60,000 bases of DNA from Malacoraja senta (Eukaryota): positions 14,944,001-15,004,000 of the forward strand of contig CM075989.1 in NCBI GenBank assembly GCA_038087875.1, read 5' to 3'. Position numbers and translations under genes: made by a program. Below are positions 40,090-52,705 of this stretch, in pieces. A model generated the notes under the pieces. It saw only the letters and a list, made by a program, of their open reading frames with translations. It was not told the origin of the DNA and did not search any database. Numbering within the stretch: the stretch's first letter is position 1; every line of letters begins with the position of its first letter.

Positions 40090-43000
40090 AGTCCTGTGTT
40101 ATGATCAGCCATGATCACATTGAAAGGCGGTACTGGCTCGATGGGCCAAATGGCCTACTCCTGCACCTATTGTCTATTGTTACTCATTCATAATGATAAC
40201 AATTTCAAAACTATGGACTTTGTTTTTATTGTTGACATCAATGGTGGCATTTCACTGATGAATCCTTTGCTTTCCTGAACTGTTCTCCCTCAATCAAGGT
40301 ACCACTGCACACGTTCACTTACCTCATCAAATAGTTTCCATACGACTGGACCAGTCAGAGCTCTGGCCATCTAAAGGAATACAATCTGAACTAAGATCTA
40401 GTTTATTCTATAGGTGCAAAAACAGAGATCGGGTACTAGGATAAAAACAGGAAAATTAAAACAAAGTAGCATAACATCAGGGATAGACACAAAATGCTGG
40501 AGTAACTCAGCGGGACAGGCAGCATCTCTGGAGAGAAGGAATGGGCTTCGGTTTAAACCAGCATCTGTAGTTCCTTCCTAGCATATCATCAGGAATAGAT
40601 ATCAGACATTTAGAACTCAAAATAGGAGAAATATTTTTATGCAAAGGGTTGTGAATTTATGAAGTTCCCTGCCCTCTATACACCCAGCACTGAGTAATGG
40701 AGTTGAAGCAAAGGCTCAGCCATGATCTGCTTGAATGCCACAGAGGGATCAAGAGACTGCATGGTCTATTCCTGATTCTCCTGTAACTGCAATCCTGGAT
40801 GATTTTTCCTTTTTCTTCACCAGTAGACCCAGTTGTAGCTGCCGCAGTCCTGGAGATTTCAGACGCTGTGATCTCCTGGTGTGGAAAACTAAATCTCACA
40901 CAGAGTGATATATTTGCCCTTTTAGCTCGGTAATTAAATGCTTTTTAATAGCATTCTCTCCCATTCCCAATTATGTGATCCAATGGAAGTTTTGAATAAT
41001 GAATGCTCCTTGTATATTTTAAACCATCTAAATGTGTTCAAAGTGGGCAATGGACAGCTTAACATCTTTCATGTAATTAGTCAGTGCCTACATTCTGCCG
41101 GTTAATTTTGAGTCCATTAACAATTTAGCCTTCTGTACAATCTGAAATTCCAATAAGGAATAGTTTTTGGAAAGCTGATCCACTTATTTCATCCGAAGCT
41201 TATCCATTGATTGATGAGGTGTCAGCATGCAGTGGCACATCTAACTACGCATTGCTATTTAACTTTCATGCAGAAAGCTCAGTTGTGATACCCTGGAAGC
41301 CAACCAATGCTTCGTGTAATTTTATTGTTCATTTAGAATAACCTGCTTCTGCCTTAACCACATAATAAGTGAAGCTTTTTGTGCGCCGATCTGAATGGGT
41401 TCCCGGTTTTCACAAGAGTATAGAAGTGCCTTTGTTTTTATTTATAGGTTGCCACTTCACTTTGCTTCTTCTGGTTTGGAGTGGCTCCTGCTGGTCACTT
41501 CTATTTTTGGACTCGAACTAAAAATCTATTCATTCCTAATAAAAGTCCGTTTGTTGGCGACAGATCCATTTTTCTGCCAGCTGCAGATGAATTTCCCTAG
41601 GGCTTTTCGCAGATGCAACACAAGAATAACCAAGTAAAGGCATTTAACATATTGACGTGAAAAACAATAGCTAACATAAAATGCAAATGTGAAGCACACA
41701 CTTACTCAGACCAATGCTCCAACAAGCGCTGGCAGTTACCCAAACCGGTGGTGTCTGTTTGTCCATCAGTAGAAAGGCTCCCACGCTGATTACACTCTTT
41801 TAAGGTCCTGAAGCCACAGCATTTAATCAAAGTACAAACCCCGTCGATTAATGGAGATAGTCATTAAAGAATTTAACAAAGTTCTTTTTAGATTTCTTTG
41901 CTTTCAACACTGAAGAAAAAAATATCCAGGTGGAAATTTAACAGCAGAAAGACGTTTGCTGAGATATTCAATGTCACCCTCTTTTGCAAGGCTACCTACC
42001 TGTCTTCTAAGGCATCCCTCTAGGATGATTTACCTCCTGCCCAGTTCTGTGGTCCTGATGATGCTAATGTGTGATCTGTAGACACTGCCATAGGCAGGCA
42101 AAGGAGCATGGCAGGGCGGGTGGGTGAGTAGTGTAGGAGGCAGTGCACTCCTGCTAGCTTGGCTTCTGCATGCTTCCTCCATTTTGAGTAGTCATTGGAT
42201 CCCCAGAAGTTAATGAATTAATTTCTCGCCCCAAGGAGGCTTTAAGAACATCCTCGGCATCTCCGCAGTCTTCACCCTGGTAATCTCTCCCCCTGACAGA
42301 GCTCAGACCAGCGTGCATGATTTGGGAGTCTGGTATTGGGAATGCCCACAGTTCGACACACCCACCTGAAACAGCAAAACATAATGGGAGCCTTGGAGCT
42401 AGGGATGCCGTTTTGGGAGAGGACATGGGCATTAATTTGTTTATGTTGCCAGTAGATTTGGAAGATTTTGCTGAGACAACGTTTGGTGATAACTCTTCAG
42501 TGCTTCAAGGGGCCTTCCTCTGTCCCCATACCACACTGTTCCCCATCTGCCCCGCATCTCACCCTTATTCTGTTCTTCCTAATCAGATTCCATGATCTGC
42601 AGCCCTTTGCTGTCTCCACTTAACACCTCCCAGCCTCTGTTGTTGTCCCCACCACCTGGCTCCATCTACCAACCACCCCCTCCTCACCTAGATCCACACA
42701 TGGCTTGCCAGTTCTTGCCCCAACCCTCCCCAGATGAAGGGTTTCGACCTGAAACATCATCTGTCCATTTTCCTCCACAGATGCTGCCTGACCTTCTGAG
42801 TTCCTCCAGCAGTTTCTTTATTGCTCCACCTGCTGATCTCCAGTATTTCCAGCTCTGAAGATTTTCTATGAACTAATAACTAATTTAAATGATCAGAATG
42901 CAGTAAGCTTCTCATTCTTCTTCTTACCCTTTGCAGTAAACGTTTACCGACCCAACAACCCTTTAAGATTGCCACGTTCTGATTCTGGTCTCGCACATTT

Positions 43001-44221
43001 CCAAATGTCTTTGCTATATCATTGACAACTATGTGTCCCCTTATGCCAAGGCCAGAATCTCTCCTCCTAAATTCCCTGAATTCCTCTAAACTCTCCTCCT
43101 AAATATCTGGGGAACAACATCTCTCATTCACTATTTAAACTAATTAAAACCTCACTTTTACCAAGTTTTGGCCACCTGTCCTAATACTCCTTTAAGTGGC
43201 AAGAATCCAGTTTTGAATGAAAATCACTATTGAGATGCATCTTGAGATATTATCTCATAGCATTACATAAAATGGGAGGCTTGTTGATATTTGGAATTGG
43301 AGGGGTATTGATCACATACAGGCACAGGAGATTAGTTTAACTTGGCATCATGTCCAGTATTGACATAGTGGGCTGAAGGGCCTGTTCCCATGCTGCACTG
43401 TTCTGTTCTAAATGCCAATGTTGTTGATTCTCCCAAATAATGGATTATTCTACCTACTACCTTATTATTGCAATGATAATCCTTCACCAGCCTCTCTCCA
43501 TTCATCAGTCTGATCAGTCTGAAGAAGTGTTTCGGCCCGAAACGTTGCCTATTTCCTTCGCTCCATAGATGCTGCGGCACCCGCTGAGTTTCTCAAGCAC
43601 TTTTGTCTACCTTCTCTCCATTCATCCTTTTGACATCTGAAGCTGGTGTGTTTGAAATGTTATTATTTTTTGGACCAATATACGCAGTGATCTCCTATTA
43701 TATACCCTTATCAATAAACACTGAGCAAAATTAAGTTTCATAATTTCGCACTTATGTTGTGCCCTTTATCCTTTATCTATGCCAACTGTAGACAGCTTGA
43801 TTGTATTCATGTATAGTCTTATCTCTGACTGGATAACAGGCAAACAAAAGCTTTTCACTGTACCGCAGTCTACGTGACAATAATAAACTAAACTAAACCA
43901 CAGATAGACACAAAATGCTGGAGCAACTCAGTGGGTCAGGCTGCATCTCTGGAGAAAAAGCGTAGATGACGTTTCAAGTCGGAACCCTTCTACAGACTGA
44001 AAGTGTAGGTGACCACTATATTAAATCATTGTTAGAAGAATAAAAATCAATATTTAGAAATATATTCTCAAAAGGCTTTATTTACATAATTCCTCTCATT
44101 TTCCAACTCCTGGAATTTGTTTTAGTTGGAGCAGAGGATGTTTAGAGAGGATCAATCACAGGTCTACAGAATTATGAAGGGCACAGATAGGGTGGACGGC
44201 AGGAAACATGTCCGCATACCA

Positions 44222-44845
44222 AGGGCGGCACGGTGGCGCAGCGGTAGAGTTGCTGCCTTAAAGCCTTGTCCCACGGTACGAGTTCATTGCAAGAGCTCTC
44301 CCACGAGTTTAAAAAAAATCAAACTCGTGGTAAGCACGTAGAATTAACGTAGCAGGTACGTCGGAGCTCGGGGTCATCACTTAGCGGCTCGTAACGCTAA
44401 CGGCAGGTACTCAGGAAGACTCGCTAACGGCAGGTAAGCGCAGGAAGACTCGTGAAGATTTTTCAACATGTTGAAAAATGCCCACAAGAGCCCCGAGTAC
44501 TGACGAGTGGCCATTACCGTAAATCTCAGAGTTCGAATCAGGGCAAACCCGGGAGAGCTCTTGGAATGAACTTGTACCGTGGGACAGGGCTATTACAGCA
44601 CTTACAGCGCTGGAGACCCAGGTTAGATCCCGACCACATGGGCTGTCTGTACGGAGTTTGTACGTTCTCCCCATGACCGCGTGGGTTTTCTCCGAGATCT
44701 TCAGTTTCCTCCCACACTCCAAGGACGTACAGGTTTGTAGGTTAATTGGCTTGATGTAAATTAAAATTCTCCCAGTGTTAATGTGCGGGGATCGCTGGTC
44801 AGTGTGGACTCGGTGGGCCCAAGGACCTGCTGCTTCTTTAAAACT
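44222..44845 (+). mobile_element. V-SINE split by a MITE
   Basis: Head at 44222-44260; the remainder resumes at 44596. Confidence 0.85.
44261..44592. mobile_element. PIF/Harbinger-type MITE (332 bp) nested in a tRNA-SINE head
   Basis: TIRs of ~42 bp (AAGCCTTGTCCCACGGTACGAGTTCATTGCAAGAGCTCTCCC). TTA TSD at 44258-60 and 44593-95. The empty site restores the SINE sequence gctgccttacagc. Confidence 0.9.
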
Positions 44846-45179
44846 AGAAAAACAGAAGTATCTATCCAATCCGGAGTGCATGGATTTAAAGTAGAGGGCA
44901 AGAGGTTTAGAGGGAACGTGAGGAAGGGAATGGGTTAGGGTTAGGGTTAGGGTAATGGAGGGGAAAGGAAGAAATTGGTGCACATCTAGCTGGTGCACAG
45001 GGAAGAAAATGTACCAATTTTAGATAAACAAACCCTCCATCCTTTTATTCCCCTCTCTACCCAGTGTCTACTTGTCATTGTAGGGAGAACAAATCACGCT
45101 CCAAAGATCAGAGTGAATGAGCTCCAGAAAAAAATGGAATTAAATCCTTAAGTATCTGGTGATGATTATTAAATGAAGA

Positions 45180-45197
45180 CCGCCACCTGGTGGACAC
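45180..45197 (-). promoter_or_regulatory. Candidate CTCF binding site
   Basis: Minus-strand TGTCCACCAGGTGGCGG matches the CCASYAGRKGGCR core and lies in non-repeat DNA. Confidence 0.6.
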
Positions 45198-45283
45198 TTG
45201 CAATCGGTGCAACCTGAACAGTTCATTTCAATCCTGCTTTTGATGCAAAATGAATTAATGACTTTTAAAACCATAAAATCCTT

Positions 45284-48167
45284 TTTTTAAATTTTTTAAA
45301 TTTTTTTTAATTAGAAGTACATTAAATTACAAACAATTACATTAGTGCACATCACGTATATCTTATCACAATTAATGTACTCCTTCATTTTTTAAAGCTA
45401 ATAAAAAGAAAAGGTTGAAATTAAGAAGAAAGAGAAAGTGAAATAAAATAGTGTTAGTGTGAAAGCGTGTCAAAAGAAAAGAATAAAGACCCTGTAGAAG
45501 AGAAATTAGAGAAAAGAGATTAATAGATAGACCCTAGGGAAGAAAAAAGAGAAAGAAGAAAAAAGAGAAAAACAGATACTCTATTCTGAACATCACACAA
45601 AAGGGATATACCAACTCGCCACCTTTCATCCCCCTTTACTAAGTCCTGACATCGGTACCTTTTTAAAGTACTGTTGCACCTTATGCTTGTAGTAGTTCTA
45701 TAAATGAAGACCACGTCCTATGGAAGTGATCTGATTTGCCTGCCAGGAGGAGTCTTATCTCTTCCAGGTGTAATGTTTCAAACATATTTGAAATCCACAT
45801 GTATATAGTTGGTATTGGAGCATTTTTCCAGAATTTTAGGATAAGCTTTTTTCCAGTTATTAACCCGTAATCAAATATGTTATTTTGAAACACATTTAGT
45901 TCAGGGCTACCTTCCGTTGTTCCAAAGATAATCTATTCTGCTTTTGGTATCAGTTTTATTTTAAATAATTTTGTAAAGATTTCAAAAATTTAAATCCAAA
46001 ACTTTTGAATTTTTGTACAAAAAACAAATGAGTGCGCTATAGTAGCTTCTTGAGACTGACATTTATCGCAGATAGGTGATACGTTGGGATTTTTTAAAAA
46101 CTAATTTTGTTTTTTGAGTAATTTAATCTGTGTAAAATTTTGAATTGTATTAAAGTGTGTCTTACATTAATCGAGCATTTGTGCACCTTTAATAAATGTT
46201 CATTCCACCTCTCCTTTCACATTTTAATAGCTAATTCTTGTTCCCAGTCTCTTCTAATACCTTCCGTAGTTGTTATTTCTACATTTAAAATAATATTATA
46301 CAAATAAGATATTAAGTTTGCTGATTCGGCTTTTATCTGCATTGCTTCGTCCAGTAAATCTAGTGGCATATTATAATAATCTTTTGTATATTTTTTCAGA
46401 TAATCACATATTTGGAAATATTTAAAGTATTGATTGTTTCCCAGATTATATTTTAGTTGTAATTGTTTGAATGATAGTAATTTTCCAGTTTCATACAAGT
46501 CTCCGAGCGTTTTAATTCCTAATCTTTCCCATTGTATAAACGATTTGTCTATAATGGAGGGTTTAAATGAAGGGTTATTAACTATTGGGGATAAAAGCGA
46601 TAGATTTCTTAATTTTAAATTATGTTTTATTTGTTTCCAAGTTCTAATTGTACTATGTATGATTGGATTTTTGTTATAATTTATGTTATTCAACTTCATT
46701 GGTGAGAGGAGGATTGCTCCAATATTACAAGAGGAGCAGTCCTCTCTCTCCATTATAATCCAATCCACCTGCTGGGCAGAGTTGTCCATCAGTTGAATCA
46801 TATTTTTAATATTTACTGACCAATAATAGTACATAAAGTTAGGGAGTGCTAAGCCACCTAATACTTTAGGTTTGTTTAGATTTATAATCCCATATAAAAT
46901 TTGTAATGTCTGAATCCAATTTAAAAAAAAACTTTTTTGGTAGGTATATAGGAATTGATTGGAATAGGTATAGAATTTGTGGTAAAAAAATCATTTTTAT
47001 TGCATTTATTCGGCCTATTAAAGACATCGGAAGCGTTTTCCAGAATTTAATTAAGGTATTTAATTTCTTAAGTAGAGGATTATAATTTGCTTTGAACATG
47101 CCTTGATATTTTCTGGTAATTTCTATACCCAAGTATTTAAATTTTTCTGTAGCTATTTTAAAAGGGAATTTTAAGAGGTGTGTTGGGTCTTTCGGTTTTA
47201 TTGACATAATTTCACTTTTATTCCAATTTATTCTGTATCCAGAAAAGGATCCAAAATCCTCAATTAAATTTAATATGTTTGGTATAGTAATTTGAGGTTT
47301 TGTGATGTACAATAATATATCATCCGCATATAAAGATATTTTATTATTTGAATATTTAGTGTTGTAGCCATGGATATTCGGATGTGTTCTAATTCTTTCC
47401 GCTAAAGGTTCAATTATAAGAGCAAATAACAGTGGTGATAATGAGCATCCTTGTCTATTACCCCTTGATAATTGGAATTTCGTAGATAATATGTTATTAG
47501 TTAATATTCTAGCTGTAGGCTTATTATATAATAATTTAATCCATAGGATGAAATTCTCTCCTAATTGAAATTTTTGTAATACTTTAACCATATAATTCCA
47601 TTCTACTTAATCAAATGCTTTTTCTGCGTCCAACTAAATAATTGATAATTCTTGTTCTTCGGTTTTGTGTGAGTGCATTAAATTGATCAGTCGTCTCAGA
47701 TTATTAGATGAATGTCTCTTAGGGATAAACCCCGTTTGATCTGGATTTATTAATTTACTAACATACTTACTTAATCTTCTAGCTAATGTTTTCGCTAATA
47801 TTTTTTAATCTGTATTTAACAATGCGATAGCTCTATATGAACCGGGTTCTTCTATATCTTTGTCTTTTTTAAGTATTAATGTGATCGTTGATTCAGCTAG
47901 TGTATCAGGTAATGTTTGTTCTATAAAGGCATATTTATACATTTTCTGTAAACGTGGTATAATTTTGTCATAAAAACTTTTATAAAATTCATTACTAAAT
48001 CCGTCAGGACCTGGAGTTTTTCCATTCTTTAATGAAGTTATTGTATCTTCTAATTCCTTAAATGAGATTTGTGCACCCAGTTCCTCTTGTTCCTTCAACT
48101 CTAATTTTGGAAGATTACAGTTATCCAAGAACTCTGTGATTTTATTGGTGTCCGTTGTCGTTTTGGA
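45284..48167 (-). mobile_element. 5'-truncated L1-clade LINE (ORF2 RT region, disrupted)
   Basis: Motifs KTPGPDGFSNEFYK, YRAIALLN, RGNRQGCSLSPLLFALIIEPLA and LYADDILL. A-rich tail near 45284. 12-bp TSD CATAAAATCCTT at 45272-83 and 48168-79. Contains in-frame stops and frameshifts. Confidence 0.92.
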
Positions 48168-48551
48168 CATAAAATCCTTGACTAAGTTTATTCTTTAACT
48201 CGTTGGATACCATTCATTTATTGAGCAATTTTCACGCAAGTACAAGAACATTTGCAGCACATAGTGATGTTAGACTCATTCGGAGTCGCACAGCAGATAA
48301 AAGGGGAAGGCAGAAAGGGGTGGGAAGGGCAAGATGTGGCTGGTGGTAGGATCTCGTTGCAGCTGGCAGACATGACAAGGACACCAAAATAAATGTTATC
48401 AATGACTGCATTGGTGCTGCTTGCTGTACCCATGTGAACGTACATCAACTTTATCGCCTTCACTAACAATGATCAACCCGCTCTCAAATTCATTTGGAAT
48501 CATAGATCTGCACGCCTTCAGCCCACCTGTGTAGGAAGCAACTGCAGTTGT

Positions 48552-48955
48552 CGGAGTGCAGCCCAGCGCAAATTGGAGGAACAGCACATCATATTTCGCT
48601 TGGGCAGTTTACACCCCAGCGGTACGAACATTGACTTCTCTAACTTCAAGTATCCCTTGCTTTTCCTCTCTCCATCCCTCCCCCTTCCCAGTTCTCCGAC
48701 CAGTCTTACTGACTCTGACATTTTATCTGTTTGCTTTGTTGTTGTTATGTTCTCCCAGCTAACAATGATCTATTCTATATTTTCCTTGATCTCCATTCCC
48801 TTTGTCCTATTTTCACACCTAACACTTCCTTATCTATGTATCTCCCTCTCCCCTGACATCAATCTGAAGAAGGGTCTAGACCCGAAACGTCACCCATTCC
48901 TTCTCTCCAGAGATGCTGCCTGTCCCGCTGAGTTACTACAGCATTTTGTGTCTTC
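48552..48955 (+). mobile_element. Penelope-like element 3' fragment with a minimal hammerhead-like core
   Basis: Reads KLEEQHIIFRLGSLHPSGTNIDFSNF (PLE C-terminus). CTGAAGA-AGGGTCTAGACCC-GAAACGTC lies at 48864-48891. Confidence 0.8.
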
Positions 48956-49038
48956 CTTCAGCCCACCTTGTCCCTAAGTTGGCATATTTGGCTGGTCCCA
49001 TTTGCCTGCATTTGGCCCATATCCCTCTCAACTCTCGT

Positions 49039-49475
49039 AGGGTGGCACAGTGGTACTGCGGTAGAGTTGCCGTCTTACTGCGCCAGTGATCTGGGTTCAA
49101 TCCTGACTATGGGTGCCATCTGTATGGAGTTTGTACGTTCTCCCTGTCATCACGTGAGTTACCTCTGGGTGCTCCGGTTTCCTCATACATTCCAAAGACA
49201 TAGATTTGTATGTTTAAGAAAGAACTGCAGATGCTGGTATAATCGAAGGTAGACACAAAATGCTGGAGAAGCTCAGCCGGTGAGGCAGCATCTATGGAGA
49301 GAAGGAATTGGCGACGTTTCGGGTCGAGACCCTTCTTCAAACTTCAAATTTGTATGTTAATTGGATTCCGCAAATTGTCCTTAATGTGTTGGATAGAACT
49401 AGTTAACGGGTGATTGCTGGTCGGCGCAGACGCAGTGGGCCGTAGGGCTGGTTTCCATGTTGTATCTCTAAACTA
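49039..49475 (+). mobile_element. V-SINE split by a short Penelope-derived unit
   Basis: The insert at 49215-49347 is flanked by the direct repeat ATTTGTATGTT (49204-14 and 49348-58). Confidence 0.8.
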
Positions 49476-51707
49476 TACTGTTCCTATCCATATAACTGTC
49501 TAAATGTCATTTAAAAGCTGTAATTGGATCTGCTTCTATAGCTTCCCCTGGCAGTTCATTTCAGATACAGACTAAACCTCTGAGTGAAGAAGTTGCCACT
49601 AAGGTTCCTCTTAAATATCTTCCTCCTCACCTTAAGACTACGTCCTCTGGGGAAAAGACTATGAGCGTTCATTTTATCCGTGCCCATCATGATCTTGTAC
49701 ATCTCAATTATGTCACCTTTCAGCCTCCAATGTTACAAAATAATCCCAGCCTGTCCAAGCTCTCCCTGTAACACAAGCCTGCGAGCCCAGCTAACATCAT
49801 TCCAGACACTTCTCACCTTTTTTCTGAATCTAAGACTTTTAAAAAGACATCTGAACATGTGGTCAGGAATTGTTCAGAGGAATTGTACCCAATGCAAGCA
49901 AATGGCACTAGCCCAGAATGCCAACTTGGTCAACATGGAACAAGTTGTGTCACAGCAGAAGTTTACATGCTGGTAAATGTCTATGACTCTAACTCAGTGG
50001 CACTTTCCTGTAATCACCCAGATCCCTTGATTCCCTCAGTATCCAACGATTTAGCAATCTTGGTATATATTTAATGCCTGATGCACTGAAGCTCCCTTTG
50101 GGTGAGAATTCCAAAGATTCACTGGCCTTTGGTGAACAAGTTTCTTCTCTCCATAATCCTGAAAACCCAACTCATTCTTCTAAATCAAGACAGCCACACC
50201 ACGGACAGATCAACTCTGCATCAAGCTCCTACGGACTTTGGAATTTTCAATGACATCATCTTTCTTTATTCTCTACAATGTCATCTGTGTCTGATTACTC
50301 TTTCAACAAACCAATATCTCCATCTCAAGAATCAGTCTGCTTGATCACAATTGAACTTTCTCTTTCATAAGTATATCCTTTCTTTGGTGGGGAGACCAAA
50401 ACTGTAGATAACAAACATACCAGGTACAGTTTCACCTGGGCATCATATATTTTCAATAAAATGTCGAACTCAAATGGGTTTGCTATAAAGATCAAAGTAA
50501 CATTTGGCTTCCTTATATCCGCATGTTAACTTTCAGTGATTGACATACAAGGACATCCAAATGCCACAGAGTACCGACATCTTTCATTCTGGCCACTTAA
50601 AAGACATTCTGCTTATCTATTTTATCTACCGGTGGAGAATGAAGCTTTGTACGTATGTAAGGACATTCCCTAATATGTAACATTATTGGGAAAGTCCTTA
50701 CATACTTACAAAGCTTGTCCACCTCCCCTTGAATCCTCTATGTATTCTCATAACTCACAATACTGAAGCTTTAAACTGGGCATCATCAATAAACCTGGAG
50801 ATATTATGCATGACCCACTCTCCCTAACCCCTCTTTCCACTCATCTAATTAATCATTGTGAACACCTGGTGCTTCAGCTCCACAAATCCCTGTGGTCTTG
50901 CCATTTATGATCACTCAACAGAAAAATTACCCATTTATTCCAACACTGTGATTTCAGTCTATTTAGGAATCCTTGAGCCACATCAATACATCACCCCAAC
51001 TCCACAAGTTCTATTGTTGTTTACTAATCACATGTATGGCACCTCAAGGCCTTCTGAAATTCCTAATATGCCATACCTACCAGCATCCCTTTAACTCCTC
51101 TGCTGACAGAAACAAGTGTTCTAATGTTCTACACAAGTGGATCATCCATTGATGCTCACCGTCCAAATTCACATTGCCCTGTGGTGACAGTAGATTCCCA
51201 CTACCTGTGATGCAAGAGCCATTGCCTTGCTTTGGCAGCCTTATCTGCTGCACACAATCAAAGTCAAATCATCAAAAGCCAAAATTGAGGGAAAAACTAT
51301 TGTTATACTAATTCAAAAATGTTTGAGATGACAGGAGAGGTCATTCAGTTGCAACCATTTGAAGGAGAGTGATCGCAGTATCCTGTCAACGTAACATTTT
51401 TGTTATACAACAAAAGGATGCGGAAAGGCAGACTAGATGAACCCTCGTCCTTCTTTTTTTGGGTCGAGGAATTCGTATGCTTCAAAGACTTTCATTGCAG
51501 TACTGGAAGGACCTTCACTGGAAGGACCTGGTTTCTGCATCATTCAGAACCATTCAAAATCAAAAGAATACAGAGAAATGGGAAAAGCATTTTCACCAAC
51601 ATCATCCTATATACATATACATACCCACAAAAAAATAAATTAGCTGTAGTTGATTCATACTCACACGTCTGCTTTCACATCTGGAAATGGTCTGGAAGGG
51701 ATTGTCA

Positions 51708-52027
51708 TTTAGTTTAGTTTAGAGATACAGCACAGAAACAGGCCCTTCGGCCCACCGGGTCCATGCCGACCAGCGGTCCCCGCACATTAACACTATCCTG
51801 CACACACTATGGACAATTTACACTTCTACCAAGCCAATTAACCTACAGACCTGTACGTCTTCCGAGTGTGGGAGGAAACCGAAGATCTCTGAGAAAACCC
51901 ACGCAGGTCACGAGAAGAACGTACAAACTCCGTACAGACAGAACCCATAGTCGGGATCGAACCCGGGTCTCCGGCGCTGCATTCGCTGTAAGGCAGCAAC
52001 TCTACCGCTGCGCCACCGTGACCGCCC
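51708..52027 (-). mobile_element. tRNA-derived V-SINE, full length
   Basis: Reverse complement of the 31931 family with a (CTAAA)n tail. Confidence 0.88.
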
Positions 52028-52214
52028 ATTTAATGAGATGACATTTAGTCACCGCCGTGCCAATGGGAGATATGGTCACTCAGCATAAAGCAACCATTCC
52101 CGACTGGAAGGCCATCCAACATGAGAGTAGTGATAATGATAGGCAGGATGGTAAAGGCAGTAGTTGGCACACAGGACACCGAGTACAGGAGTTACAAAAT
52201 GTCAGTGAGATTAT

Positions 52215-52705
52215 TCTGTGCAGTTCTGGTCACCCAGCAAAAAGGATGACATTAAGCTAGAAAGGGCACAAAAGAGATTCACAAGGATGTTTCAGGAACT
52301 GGTGGACTTGCGTTATAAGGAGTGGCTGGATAAGCTGAGACTTCTTTCCCTGGAATGTAGGAGATTCATAGCTGACCCTAAGAGGTATATAAAATCATGA
52401 GGGGGCATAGATAAGATGGATGGTCAGTCTTTTGCCCAGGTTAGGGAGGTCTAAAACTGGAGGGCTTACATTCAAGATGAGGGGAATAGATTTAAAATGA
52501 TCTGAGGGGCAATTTTTTTTTGCACAGAGAGGGTGGCAACTATATGGAACAAGCTACCAGAAGAAGTGTTGAGGCAGATGAAATAACAATGGATAAAAGT
52601 CATTTGGACAGTGCACAGATATAAAAGGTTTGAAAGGATAGGGGCCAAATGCATGGATGAGATGGGCCGATGGGGCTGTTTCTATGTTGTATATCTCTAT
52701 GACTA
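52215..52705 (+). mobile_element. Degenerate CR1 LINE 3' part
   Basis: Reads QFWSP.KKDDIKLERAQKRFTRM and ends in a CTCTATGACTATG tail. Confidence 0.78.
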
